64,000 nucleotides of DNA from Ostreococcus lucimarinus (taxonomy: Eukaryota). The first letter of the stretch is position 1. Each line of letters starts with the position of its first letter. The stretch lies in assembly GCA_000092065.1 (NCBI GenBank), contig CP000594.1; one strand, written 5' to 3'. The notes beneath the pieces were generated by a model. The model was given only the letters and a program-made list of their open reading frames with translations, made no database searches and was not told where the DNA came from. Made by a program: the position numbers and the translations under genes. Shown in pieces: positions 31,783 to 41,344 of the stretch.

Positions 31783-33133
31783 ATGGCCCTCTCTCTCGCG
31801 CAGGTCGCGCCCGCGGCGCAGGTGCGTCGCGTCTCGCACCGTCGCGCGCGTCGCGCGCGTCTCTCGGCGTCGCGAACGCGCGCGCGTCGTCGCGAACGGC
31901 GGCATCGCTCGGCATCGGATAGGATGGCCATCGGCGCGTCGTCGCGGGTCGACGCGCGACCGGGACGCGACGACGCGCGACGTCGACGGAGGGCGAGAGA
32001 AAAATCGACGACCGCGGACGCGCGGGTGACTGACGAGAGGTTTCGCGGCGCAGTTTTCTTCGCGTAAGCGCGTCTGCGGCGCGCCGGCGGCGGCGTCCCG
32101 GACGCGCGTCGTCGTCCCGCGGGCTCGAGCGGTCGCGGCGCGCGCGAGCGGAGAGAAGAAGTCGGTGTTGATCGTGAACACGAATGGTGGCGGACACGCG
32201 AACATCGGGTTCTGGCTGGCGAAGACGCTGGCGGGGGCTGGGCACGACGTGACGATGAACGTCGTCGGCGCCGAGGACGATAAGAAGATGGCCAAGACTC
32301 CGTTCTCGTTGTTCGATGAGATTCGAGGGATGGGTGTGAAGACGGTGTGGGCGAACCCCGATGAAGTGGCGTCCAAGCATGCCGGGGCGAAGTTCGACGT
32401 GGTCGTCGATAACAACGGTAAGGACATGGACACCGTTGGTCCGGTGGCGGATTTCGCCGTCGCCGCGGGGGCGTCGCAGTTCTTGTTCGTCTCGAGCGCG
32501 GGTATCTACAAGCCCACGCCGTGCCCGCCGCACGTCGAGGGCGATGCCGTGAAGGAGACGAGCGGCCACGCCGTCGTCGAGGCGCACTTGAAGACGTTGC
32601 CGTTGAAGATGAGCTCTTTCCGCCCGCAATACTTGACGGGATACGGATCGAACAAGGACTGCGAGGAGTGGTTCTTCGATCGCGCCGTGCGCGGCCGACC
32701 GATCTTGGTCCCGGGCTCGGGTGATCAGCTCTCGTCGGTGACGCACGCCGAAGATTTGGCCACCATGATCGCCGCCGCCGTCGGCAACGACGCCGCCGCT
32801 GGGGAAATCTTCAACTGCGTGACGACGAAAGCCGTCACGCTGAACGGCATGGCGGAACTTTGCGCCAAGGCTGCGGGCGTCGAACCGAACGTGATCAACT
32901 ACGACCCGAAGGATGTCCCGGATGTCGAAGTTAAGAAGGCGTTCCCGTTCCGCCCGATCCACTTCTACAGCTCCAGCGCCAAGGCGCAAGCCGTGCTCGG
33001 CTGGTCGCCCAAGCACCCGGATTTGGCCGCCGAGCTCAAGGAACGCTTCGCGTACTACAAGTCCATCGGACGCGATAAGAAGGAGATGTCGTTCGAAACC
33101 GACGACAAAATTCTCGCCGCGATCGGCAAGTAA
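31783..33133 (+). CDS. CSP41: chloroplast stem-loop-binding protein of 41 kDa (CSP41, SDR/epimerase fold); two exons (31783..31821 and 32054..33133)
   Basis: Mature part: KKSVLIVNTNGGGHANIGFWLAKTLAGAGHDVTMNVVGAEDDKKMAKTPFSLFDEI...TVWANPDEV is CSP41-like. The track ORF starts at a GTG (32165), and there is no in-frame ATG back to the stop at 32027. Upstream, ATG 31783 (gccATGg) encodes MALSLAQVAPAAQ and ends at a CAG|GTGCGT donor. An acceptor gcgCAG|T at 32053 is phase-0 compatible and yields a transit-peptide-like junction. The exon 1 assignment is the less certain part. Confidence 0.75.
31822..32053 (+). other. putative 5' spliceosomal intron (232 nt) of CSP41
   Basis: GTGCGTCGC donor; branch gggtgaCTGACgagagg 20 nt before acceptor cggcgCAG. 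Same architecture as the three other introns in the window. Confidence 0.5.
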
Positions 33134-33217
33134 ATAGCGAGCTTGATTTTATATTAAACGAACATATTGAACGTGCAACGCGAGCTAAAACGTACAGTAC
33201 ACGGATCGGCGACGTCG

Positions 33218-34396
33218 TCATCGGTTTGGAACTTGGGAGAAACCACCTAGAAAGTTGAGCGCCAAATTCTTCGCCGAGTCCGCCGTCAGGGATTGTATTT
33301 CACGATCCAAGTGCGCGCGATGCGTCGCCCGCGGACTGGCGTAGGCGTAACTCGCGTGTCGAAGCGTGACCTCGACCCCTCGCGTCAACGACTCGTACGC
33401 CTCGCCGAGATCGGAATCTTTGAACCTTTCTAACTCATCCATATCACCGTCGATGATGTGCCAATGCTCGCCCGGACGCGCGGTGGTGGCGATGAGATTC
33501 GCCGCGGCGAGCGAGCGCGAGGCAAAGTTTTCGGTCGGGATCACGCAGACCCCGTAACCGTCGACGTCTTCGGCGACTTCGAAACCGTTTTCTCTAAATA
33601 TTTCGCGGCACCTCTCCACCGCGCGTCCGCGCGAATTCAAGACGAACACCTTGCTCCCGCGCGCCAGCGCGGCGTGCAAGAGCGGTTTCAGGTCCTCGTA
33701 CACGACCTGCTCGCCCGCGCTCGTCCCCGGCTCGCCGTCCGCCGTCGTCTCCATCCGACGCGCGTCCACCGACGCTTGCAAACCCGCCGGCATCATCCGT
33801 CGCCCGTCCCACCCGACGCTCGACTCCACCTCCTCCCCCCACTTCAACACGCTCATCAACTTTATCTCCGGCCAGCTCGACACGATCTCGTCCACCGTCA
33901 ACGGCCTCGTTCTTCGCTCGAACCGCTGCTCGTTTGAAAACACCGGCCCCGGCCGCCCGCCGCTCGTCGTCCGCCCGCCGATGATCGCCTCGTCCGCGAT
34001 CACCCGCACCATCACCACCGCCTCGCACGACGTCGACTCCGCGATCGCTCGTCGCATCGTTCGCATCGCCTCGACGTACGACGACGCGTCTCCCGGGACG
34101 TGCTCCGGCCAGCGCTCGCGCGCCACCGCGTGGCTCACCCTCGTCATCTCCACCGTCGCGTCCACGACGGCGTCGTACGCGAACAGCACGACGTCGCGCG
34201 ACCGCTCGATGGCGTCGTCGTCGCTCGCGTCGCTCGCGTCCGCCGCGCGTCGCGCGACGCGTCGGCGTCGCGCCGACGCCGACGCCGATGTCCCGCTCGA
34301 TCGCGTCGCGCGGTCGCGCGCGCCTCGCGCGGTCGCGGTCGCGCGCGCGCGCGGCTCCGGACGCGCGCGCGACGCGTCGATCGCCCGCGCGTCCAT
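33218..34396 (-). CDS. hypothetical HAD-like hydrolase with organelle-type presequence
   Basis: The coherent part of track ORF 33218..35380, from the ATG at 34396 (MDARAIDASRARPEP...), has KVFVLNSRGRAVERCREIFRENGF and HWHIIDGDMDEL (HAD motif III/IV-like). Motif I is atypical. The upstream half of the track ORF is antisense junk opposite the JmjC gene. Confidence 0.4.
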   Translation of the reverse strand: MDARAIDASRARPEPRARATATARGARDRATRSSGTSASASARRRRVARRAADASDASDDDAIERSRDVVLFAYDAVVDATVEMTRVSHAVARERWPEHVPGDASSYVEAMRTMRRAIAESTSCEAVVMVRVIADEAIIGGRTTSGGRPGPVFSNEQRFERRTRPLTVDEIVSSWPEIKLMSVLKWGEEVESSVGWDGRRMMPAGLQASVDARRMETTADGEPGTSAGEQVVYEDLKPLLHAALARGSKVFVLNSRGRAVERCREIFRENGFEVAEDVDGYGVCVIPTENFASRSLAAANLIATTARPGEHWHIIDGDMDELERFKDSDLGEAYESLTRGVEVTLRHASYAYASPRATHRAHLDREIQSLTADSAKNLALNFLGGFSQVPNR

Positions 34397-34456
34397 GGCG
34401 CGCGCGCGTGTCGCGCCGCGCGCCGCGACGACGCTCGGAGGGACGCGGGACGCGCG

Positions 34457-35935
34457 ATGCGACGAAAAGATATTTTGTTTCGCGCCGGACGCCGCGAGCG
34501 TTTTAATCGCGCGACACACTCGTCGTCGCGCGGCCGATTCGGGACGCGCGCGACGCCGCGGGGCGCGACGTTGCGCGGAAAAACATATCGAAGATCGATC
34601 TCGCACGGCGGCATACGCGCGTACGGCGCGCGAGGCGTCGCGAGACGGGACGACGATGGGGAATCGCGCGAGGCGAGCGTTTCTGAAGACGAGACGACGC
34701 GCGGGACGGGGGGGTGGACGCCGCGCGCGCGCGAGGATTTCGGGACGTCGGGAGGGGCGTTTCCGGAGATTAACGTCGTGCAGTTCGTGGACGCGGAAGA
34801 CGGGGCGCCGGTGAGTTGTTTTGGGATGGATTACGAGACGCTGCGGCGGCGCGCGGCGGAGGCGGCGTTCGACGAGACGTCGACGACGCCCGAGTATCGT
34901 GGGTTTTTGAATCACGCGAGACGGTGCGTCGATGGGAGCGGAAAGATCGACTGGGGTTCGGTGACGCGCGTGGGGGGGCTGGCTGGGTCGAGAGAGGTGC
35001 GGCGGGCGCGCGGGGTGGACCCTCGGGACGTCGAGGCGGCGTGTTTGCGAGGCGAAGGCGAACCTTTGATCGTCGAGGACGGAGGGAAAGATTGGGCCAA
35101 GTGGGATTTTGAAACGCTTCAAAACGAAATCGGTGATTTTGAGGTGTTGTGTAACGATCGAGCGCCCGCGCGGCGACGAGAGATCGATGGATCCAAGCAG
35201 CGGTCGCACCTGATTCCGTTTCGGGCGTACGCCGACTACGTACGAAAGCGCGACGGCGTCGCCGGCACAGTCTTTGACGATCGCCGCACGCCGTTTTATG
35301 CAAACGGCATGCGCGTATTCAGCGAGTGCAAGCGCGCCGACGCCCTCTCGCGGGCGTTTCCACGACCTTATTTCACGCACGAGTGCGATAATACGGAGAC
35401 GCTGCTCATGGCGACAACGAACGAGCTCGGGTCGATACTCAAATTTGACTCGGAAATCGCGCTCAGAATGCGTGACAGCGTCTCAAAATCGCTCGACAAG
35501 ATGTTTGTCGGGCCTCGAGGCGCACTCACGCGCCTTCATTACGACGCCGGGGACGCTCACGGTTGGCTGGGACAGGTCGAGGGGCGGAAGCTCTTCGTGT
35601 TTTATCCGCCCAGCGCGTCGCCGATGCTTTATCCGATTGAAGACTCGCACGCCAGCGTCGATCCACTGGAGCCAGACTACGATCGATTTCCACTATTTCG
35701 CGAAGCGCAATCGCGCGCGCGAGTGTGCGTGCTGAATCCGGGAGAAGTCGTACTGTGTCCTCGACGATGGTGGCACTACGCCGTGGCCCTGGACACTAGC
35801 GTCACGGTTATGAGGAATTGGTACAACGTCAATACCAACGCCCAGGCGTTGGTCGAGCAGATATGCTCCACGATTAAACAAACAGTAGACAATAGAGCGA
35901 AAGGATCCGTGCCTCGAAACGAAGCGTCTCGATGA
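34457..35935 (+). CDS. JmjC-domain (cupin) protein
   Basis: LTRLHYDAGDAHGWLGQVEGRKLFVFYPP...NPGEVVLCPRRWWHYAVALDTSVTVMRNW is a JmjC signature. The start is uncertain (ATG at 34457 or 34826). The 5' part of the track ORF is Arg-rich. Confidence 0.7.
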   Translation: MRRKDILFRAGRRERFNRATHSSSRGRFGTRATPRGATLRGKTYRRSISHGGIRAYGARGVARRDDDGESREASVSEDETTRGTGGWTPRAREDFGTSGGAFPEINVVQFVDAEDGAPVSCFGMDYETLRRRAAEAAFDETSTTPEYRGFLNHARRCVDGSGKIDWGSVTRVGGLAGSREVRRARGVDPRDVEAACLRGEGEPLIVEDGGKDWAKWDFETLQNEIGDFEVLCNDRAPARRREIDGSKQRSHLIPFRAYADYVRKRDGVAGTVFDDRRTPFYANGMRVFSECKRADALSRAFPRPYFTHECDNTETLLMATTNELGSILKFDSEIALRMRDSVSKSLDKMFVGPRGALTRLHYDAGDAHGWLGQVEGRKLFVFYPPSASPMLYPIEDSHASVDPLEPDYDRFPLFREAQSRARVCVLNPGEVVLCPRRWWHYAVALDTSVTVMRNWYNVNTNAQALVEQICSTIKQTVDNRAKGSVPRNEASR

Positions 35936-36168
35936 AGATACGTCGCGGCGCTAGTCGGTGAATTCGCTCGCTCGCGCGTCGCGTCGTTTACGGATGAATG
36001 GAATCGAAAGATTAAAAGCCTATGGTAATTAATCAGCAGCGATACACGTGCGCTTGAGCGTCGTCCGCGCTTAATGCTTGAACACCCGCTCGCGTGCGGC
36101 GAAAACTCGCGGCGAAAGAGATGATATTCGTCGTACAAACGAACGACTCGAACGACTCGCTCGAGCGT

Positions 36169-36909
36169 CTACGCCGAGAACAACTCCTCCAAAGTCATGT
36201 CCCGCATCTTGGCCACTTCCTTGAACGTTCGCATCTCGTTCAACCCCGCAACGACCGCCCGCGCATTATTCAACGGGTTCGAGCTTCCGAGCTGTTTCGC
36301 GAAGCAATTCTTATAGCCCGCCAGCTCCAAAACCGTGCGGCACGCGCCCCCCGCGATGACCCCCGTCCCCGGGCTCGCCGGGCGCAGCATCACCACCGCG
36401 CCGCCCTTCCCCTTCACCGTCACTCGATGCGGGAACGTGTCCCCTTTAGTTATCGGCGCTCGCTTCGCGCTCTTTCGCGCATCGCTCGCCGCCTTCGTCA
36501 CCGCGATTTGCACCTCCTTCGCCTTCTGGCACCCGACGCCAACCAAACCCTTGCCGTCGCCCACGACCACGGTGGCGCGGAAGCTCATCTGCGACCCGCC
36601 CTTGGTGATTTTCGTGACGCGCGACACCTGGACGACGGACTCTTGCATCCCGTCGTCCTCCTTGCCGCCGCGACCGCGGCCTCGGCCGCCGCGACCACCG
36701 CGTCCGCCGCCGCGCCCGCCGCGCGCGCGCGGGGTCTCGGACTCGCCTTCGACTGCCGACGCGTCTGCGTCGTCGCCGGCGCGCGCGACCGTCGCCGTGC
36801 GCCGCGGGGCGACGGCGACAATTTTATCGCATCGGTTCGCGCGGCTCGGGAGGCGCGCGGACGCCGCGCGAGACGCGGGCGCGGCGGTGAGGGCGATGGA
36901 GGCCATCAT
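36169..36909 (-). CDS. RPS5: plastid 30S ribosomal protein S5 (uS5c), nuclear-encoded with a transit peptide and RGG spacer
   Basis: [132 protein letters not shown] is uS5. [13 protein letters not shown]...[20 protein letters not shown] looks like a presequence. Confidence 0.9.
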   Translation of the reverse strand: MMASIALTAAPASRAASARLPSRANRCDKIVAVAPRRTATVARAGDDADASAVEGESETPRARGGRGGGRGGRGGRGRGRGGKEDDGMQESVVQVSRVTKITKGGSQMSFRATVVVGDGKGLVGVGCQKAKEVQIAVTKAASDARKSAKRAPITKGDTFPHRVTVKGKGGAVVMLRPASPGTGVIAGGACRTVLELAGYKNCFAKQLGSSNPLNNARAVVAGLNEMRTFKEVAKMRDMTLEELFSA

Positions 36910-37229
36910 GATTCGCGGCGCGACGTCGATGGTTGAATCGACGCGTGGAAGCGCGCGTGGGCGGCGGTCGTCCGGGCGTGCGGTGGGCGCGCGACGAAAC
37001 GATCGACGGTGCGCGTCGAGCGTGCGCGAGCGGCGACGATGGCGTCGCGGTGTGCGGCGCGGCGGCGGCGACGTTCGAGGGCGAGGGCGAGAGAAACCCT
37101 ATTGCTCCTTCAGGGTAGAGATGGGGTGGCGACCGACCGCGTGTGGGTAAACAGTGATAAATCGACGCGATCAGGACGCCGCGGCGCGCGCGAGTCGCTC
37201 GAAAAGGCGCGCGGGGATCGATCACAACG

Positions 37230-38537
37230 TTAATCGCGACCGGAATCGCGCGCGGCGTTCCGGATTTCGGTGCTACTGACGTCGACGCGAAAAGACGGGA
37301 GGGCGGCGAAGAGGTCGGCGGCGCGGCGCGCGGCGGCGGCGGCGAGGACGTCGGCGGCGGGGACGAAGGCGCGAGAGACGCGGTCGACGCGGCCGGCGAC
37401 GAGGAAATCGCACGCGTTGGCTCGGATTTCGTTGAGGGATTCGTCGAGGGCGGCGTCGGAGCCGGCGTATTTGGGGTCGAGGAGACGCGCGGCGGTGTCG
37501 GCGCCGACGACGAAGGCGGCGCCGGGGGCGGCGCGGGTCTTGTCCACGAAGAGTGGGGTTTTGGTGAGTAAACACACCGTGCCGGGGGTGGAGAACTGCT
37601 CGAGTCGACGCATGATCTCGTCTATGGAGAGCGTCCCCTTGTCGGCGTTCGTGACGCCGATTTCGTACGCGCCGAGCGCGCCCGGGGGCTTTGTCGCCGT
37701 CGCCGCGGCGAGCAAGTCGCGGTGGCCGTCGTGCAAAGGGTTGAACGACCCACTCAACACGACGTTCGCACGCGTGGCGCCCACTGCGGTGAGCACGCCC
37801 CCCGTGAATTCCAAAATCATCGGCGCCGCGGTGGTGGCACCGCTCGTCGACGAGTCGTCCTCCGCCAACCACCGCTCGACGACGGCGCGAGCGTCGCTCG
37901 CGTTTGCGTACGCCGAATCCTCCATCGTCGTCACCGAAACCTCGTCGAACTCGCGTTCGCTCAGAACTTCTCGCACTAAATCTACACCCGCGTCCGCGTC
38001 CGCGTCATCGACGCTCCGCCTCGCTTCCTCGTACAGCGCTCGCAACACCAACCGCGACGCGCAGCCCTCCTCGTCGAACCGCGAGCGCCCGCTCGTCTTC
38101 TCCAATCGCATCTCGTACGTCGTCATCCGCCCCAGCGTCTTCGCCGCCACGAAACATCTGTGGTCGCCTCGTTTGACGACGTCCTCCGTCGTCAGCGCGC
38201 ACGTCGCGCCGAGGCCCGTCGTCGCTCGCGCGTCGCTCGCCGACGCCGTCGCTCGCGAGCTTCCGTGTCGCACCGCCCTCGCGTACGCCGCGCTCGCCAG
38301 CGCCTCCGCGACTTCCCGCGAGCAGTACGATTCCACGTCATCGTCCGTCGCCCTCCCGAGCGTCTCGAGCGCGCTCTCGCGCGCGTACGGCACGCGCGCG
38401 TCCAATAAAGTGTTCGAGCACCTCGGGACGCTCGTCAGCCACCCGAGCGCGCGCGCCCCGCCGCCCGTGACGTGCAGCACCGCCCTGACCTTGCTCGCGT
38501 GGATCGTCTCCACGATGGCGCGGATTCCGGGCTCCAT
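37230..38537 (-). CDS. two-domain NAD-salvage protein: N-terminal CinA-C/PncC-like (NMN deamidase-type) domain fused to a C-terminal NadD/NMNAT-type nucleotidyltransferase domain
   Basis: N-terminal domain: VRAVLHVTGGGARALGWLTSVPRCSNTLLDARVPYARESALETLG...GLGATCALT...HRCFVAAKT...GRSRFDEEGCASRLVLRALYE fits the CinA C-terminal (PncC) pattern (TGG...S/T.PG.S..F..G.V.Y.N..K...LGV). C-terminal domain: NVVLSGSFNPLHDGHRDLL (the (H/T)xGH nucleotidyltransferase motif) and VSSTEIRNA (the NadD ISSTxIR motif). Confidence 0.7.
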   Translation of the reverse strand: MEPGIRAIVETIHASKVRAVLHVTGGGARALGWLTSVPRCSNTLLDARVPYARESALETLGRATDDDVESYCSREVAEALASAAYARAVRHGSSRATASASDARATTGLGATCALTTEDVVKRGDHRCFVAAKTLGRMTTYEMRLEKTSGRSRFDEEGCASRLVLRALYEEARRSVDDADADAGVDLVREVLSEREFDEVSVTTMEDSAYANASDARAVVERWLAEDDSSTSGATTAAPMILEFTGGVLTAVGATRANVVLSGSFNPLHDGHRDLLAAATATKPPGALGAYEIGVTNADKGTLSIDEIMRRLEQFSTPGTVCLLTKTPLFVDKTRAAPGAAFVVGADTAARLLDPKYAGSDAALDESLNEIRANACDFLVAGRVDRVSRAFVPAADVLAAAAARRAADLFAALPSFRVDVSSTEIRNAARDSGRD

Positions 38538-38693
38538 CGGCGCGCGCGCGACGCGGCGTCGCGCGGTGAAGTGCGACAGCGCGTCCCGGTCGTTCGTTCA
38601 AACGTTCGCGTCACACGTCGACGCGACGACGCGCTCGATCGCGCGCGCGCTCGCGAGCTCGAACGCAGGCGCGCATCGCGCGGTCGTCGACGC

Positions 38694-39059
38694 ATGCGCG
38701 CGAGGCGAACGGGCGCGGCGGCGGCGAACGAGGACGACGCGCGATTGGCCAAGTATCTCGTCGTGAACGCGGAAAACGTCGCGCACAACGCGCGAGTGAG
38801 CGCGCGAGTGTTCACGTACCTGAGCATCGTGTCCGGAATCGCGATCGGCGCGCTCGGATACACCGGAGTGCGAGGGTTCGCGGCGCACGGGGTGTTTATG
38901 CTGGCGAGCGCGTGCGCGGTGGCGGCGAGCAAGTGCGAGGGACGACCGACGAGTTTCTTTCCGTCCGTCGATAAGGTGTTCCTGGACGGACCGAACGCTG
39001 GATTGCCGACGTTTGTGTTGTTTTGGACGCTGTCGTATAATTGCTGGCACTTGTTTTAG
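38694..39059 (+). CDS. Rab5-interacting protein / EMC6-like small two-TM membrane protein
   Basis: 121 aa from the ATG at 38694. EDDARLAKYLVVNAENVAHNARVSARVFTYLSIVSGIAIGALGYTGVRGFAAHGVFML...AGLPTFVLFWTLSYNCWHLF resembles the Rab5ip/C20orf24 family. The upstream part of the track ORF is Arg-rich. Confidence 0.55.
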   Translation: MRARRTGAAAANEDDARLAKYLVVNAENVAHNARVSARVFTYLSIVSGIAIGALGYTGVRGFAAHGVFMLASACAVAASKCEGRPTSFFPSVDKVFLDGPNAGLPTFVLFWTLSYNCWHLF

Positions 39060-39079
39060 ACGGTCGGAGGAGAGGGATC

Positions 39080-41209
39080 ATGAACACGGCGGCGCTGGTG
39101 AAGCGACAGCGGCGACCGGTGACGTATTCGCTTCCGCAGCCCGAGTACGCGAACAAGCACGTCGGTGGGGTGAACGCGGTGGACTTGGGAGGAGAGGGAT
39201 CCGATAGCATATTCACCGGTGGGCGCGATGGGACGGTTCGGATGTGGGATCTGTCGGCGGGGATGCCAGCGTGCGCGCGGCGGTTTGAAGGTCACGGCGG
39301 GTGGGTGAACGACGTCGCGAGAGTGTCGAGCACACATTTGGCGAGCGCTTCTAGCGATCACACCGTGCGGCTGTGGGATATAAGTGAAGGATCGATGTCG
39401 TCGTCTTGCGCGGTGGCTTTGCAGGGACACACAGATTACGTCATGGCGTTGGCGTGCGCGTCGGAACGCTTGGAAGGAAAGTTTGCTTCGGGCGGGCTCA
39501 ATCGCGAGATTTTCTTGTGGGACATCGAGCGATGTCTCGCGATCAATGCCGCGCCGTCGTATCTAAGCGTGAAGAATGATGGATGCGTCACCGCGCTGGG
39601 GGGCTCGAAGGAGTCCATCTACGCTTTGGGTATGGATGGGACTGGAAACTTGCTCGTCTCCGGCGGTACCGAGCTCGCGCTTCGCGTGTGGGACACGCGG
39701 AGCGCTCAAAAGGAAGGCAAACTCAAGGGACACACAGACAATGTTCGAGCAATCGTCGTCGACACGGATGGTAAAAAGTGCGTCACAGCGTCGAGCGATA
39801 GAACGATTCGTGTTTGGGACATTGGCGAGCAGCGATGCGTGCAGACGTTTGCGGGCATGCACACCGGGTCAATTTGGGCGCTCGCGTGCAACCGCGATTT
39901 CACTCGTGTATACTCGGGAGGTATCGATGCCCGGATATGCGTCACGTCGTTGCGTGATAGGAAAAGTAGTTTAGTCGCGAACGAATCGGCGGCTATTTTA
40001 AAGCTGCGCCTAGACGAGTCAACGCGCGCGAGCGGTTTCGCCGCGCACTCGTCGGACGGCGACTTGTGGACCGCCACTGCGTCGCGGTCGATCAAGCGCT
40101 GGCCGACGATCATCCCGGGCGAAGATGGCTCATCAGCGAACGTAGAAGACTCTCATGGAACGCCGACGAGCACCTCGTTCTCGCGTCGCGCCGCTGGATC
40201 GAGTCTTTTGCGGCAGCCGGGAACGTGGTTCGACGTCGGTTCGCCCGGGGCATTTTCGTTCGGCGGCACGACGCCGCGAAAGTTCGATAACTGGGGCGAT
40301 CCGCACGATCGTGAGCCCCAGGACTTAGTGCCGTCGATGGAGATTATCGGTGTGAGCCCGATCGTTCGTCACAGCGTGCTGAAGAACAAGATGGAGGTGT
40401 TGACGCAAGACTCCATGGGTGCCATCGCGCTGTGGGACGTGTCGCGATCGACCCCAATACGCACGTTCGACGGCGTCACCGATGGATCAGACTTCGAAAT
40501 TTTACTCGAAAATGAAAGTTTGAATCCAGATGTCGTCGTTCCATCGTGGTTTACCTGCAACACTCGTAGTGGTTCGCTCGCCATCACGCTCTCGCCAAGT
40601 TCGGCGTTCAACGCCGAGGCGTACGCGAGCGATCTGGGTATCGCTGACGCCGCGCCGGACGAGCGAAGAAATTTAGGTGTCGAAATCATTCGACTATTGA
40701 TGGATGAGTGGGTAGAAAAATTTACGTCGTCGAAACCTCCGCGATCAACGAAACGGGCGTTCGCCGAGCCGCTCCCGAGCGAGTGTGCGGTTTCGTTCGC
40801 GCACCCCATCGACGACAGCGGTCGCGTGTGCGTCAAGATTCGCGAAGACTTCTCGGGCACACCCACCGAGCGTGAGTTGCTTCCCAAATGGTTCGCCGAT
40901 CACGCCCTGAATCAAGCGCCCGAGCCGGAATCTCCAAAGATCAGTTTCCGCCTCGCCCCTCGCGCAGGCTCGGGTCTCGCTGAAATTTCCCCCGCGAGCG
41001 TCTCGGCGCCCAAGATTCTCGGCGCTCAGAAGATTCGCGAATACATCGCACAGAAGTTAGACGAAACAGATGGCGGAACGAGCACCGATGCCAGCGCGCT
41101 CGCGCTCTGGTGCGCCGGCCAACCCGTGCCGTCGTCGGCCACGCTCGCCGCCGCGCTCGCGCGCGTCTGGAAAAAATCGCCCCCGATCGAGCTCGAGTAC
41201 TCCAACTAG
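39080..41209 (+). CDS. WDR48: WD repeat protein 48 (WDR48/UAF1, USP1-associated factor) homologue
   Basis: Collinear similarity with WDR48 from the very N-terminus: PVTYSLPQPEYANKHVGGVNAVDL...GGRDGTVRMWDL...HGGWVNDVA...SASSDHTVRLWD...LKGHTDNVRAIVVDTDGKKCVTASSDRTIRVWDIGEQRCVQTF, plus the C-terminal WDR48 domain. The track start at 39041 is a TTG; the ATG is at 39080, only 20 bp after the Rab5ip-like stop. Confidence 0.9.
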   Translation: MNTAALVKRQRRPVTYSLPQPEYANKHVGGVNAVDLGGEGSDSIFTGGRDGTVRMWDLSAGMPACARRFEGHGGWVNDVARVSSTHLASASSDHTVRLWDISEGSMSSSCAVALQGHTDYVMALACASERLEGKFASGGLNREIFLWDIERCLAINAAPSYLSVKNDGCVTALGGSKESIYALGMDGTGNLLVSGGTELALRVWDTRSAQKEGKLKGHTDNVRAIVVDTDGKKCVTASSDRTIRVWDIGEQRCVQTFAGMHTGSIWALACNRDFTRVYSGGIDARICVTSLRDRKSSLVANESAAILKLRLDESTRASGFAAHSSDGDLWTATASRSIKRWPTIIPGEDGSSANVEDSHGTPTSTSFSRRAAGSSLLRQPGTWFDVGSPGAFSFGGTTPRKFDNWGDPHDREPQDLVPSMEIIGVSPIVRHSVLKNKMEVLTQDSMGAIALWDVSRSTPIRTFDGVTDGSDFEILLENESLNPDVVVPSWFTCNTRSGSLAITLSPSSAFNAEAYASDLGIADAAPDERRNLGVEIIRLLMDEWVEKFTSSKPPRSTKRAFAEPLPSECAVSFAHPIDDSGRVCVKIREDFSGTPTERELLPKWFADHALNQAPEPESPKISFRLAPRAGSGLAEISPASVSAPKILGAQKIREYIAQKLDETDGGTSTDASALALWCAGQPVPSSATLAAALARVWKKSPPIELEYSN

Positions 41210-41252
41210 CCGCGATCGCAACGTTCATCGTCGCGCCTGTTGTCATCTCCAC

Positions 41253-41261
41253 AAAAAAAAA
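41253..41261 (-). terminator. RNA polymerase III T-run terminator (9 T on the minus strand) immediately 3' of the tRNA-Ser
   Basis: Minus strand ...CGAATGCGAATTTTTTTTTG; plus strand aaaaaaaaa at 41253..41261. Confidence 0.75.
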
Positions 41262-41262
41262 T

Positions 41263-41344
41263 TCGCATTCGGCAGGATTTGAACCTACGCACGGAGACCG
41301 TATTCGATTTCTAGTCGAACCCCTTAACCACTCGGGCACGAATG
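41263..41344 (-). tRNA. trnS(AGA): tRNA-Ser (anticodon AGA), 82 nt, type II with a long variable arm
   Basis: Minus strand GCATTCGTGCCCGAGTGGTTAAGGGGTTCGACTAGAAATCGAATACGGTCTCCGTGCGTAGGTTCAAATCCTGCCGAATGCG. It has a 7-bp acceptor stem (GCATTCG/CGAATGC), a D-loop AGTGGTTAA and anticodon stem TTCGA/TCGAA with loop CTAGAAA (anticodon AGA). The T-arm is GTAGGTTCAAATCCTGC and the discriminator is G. It is near-identical in layout to the cytosolic tRNA-Ser(AGA) of animals and plants as I recall it. It lies 54 bp beyond the WDR48 stop on the opposite strand. Confidence 0.9.

Noticed and set aside
31454-33016. 520-aa minus-strand ORF antisense to CSP41
   Set aside because: Arg/Ala-rich junk. CSP41 homology is clear on the plus strand.
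37270-38766. 498-aa plus-strand ORF antisense to the PncC-NadD gene
   Set aside because: Ser/Ala/Thr/Arg low-complexity translation with no motifs. The minus strand carries both recognisable enzyme domains.
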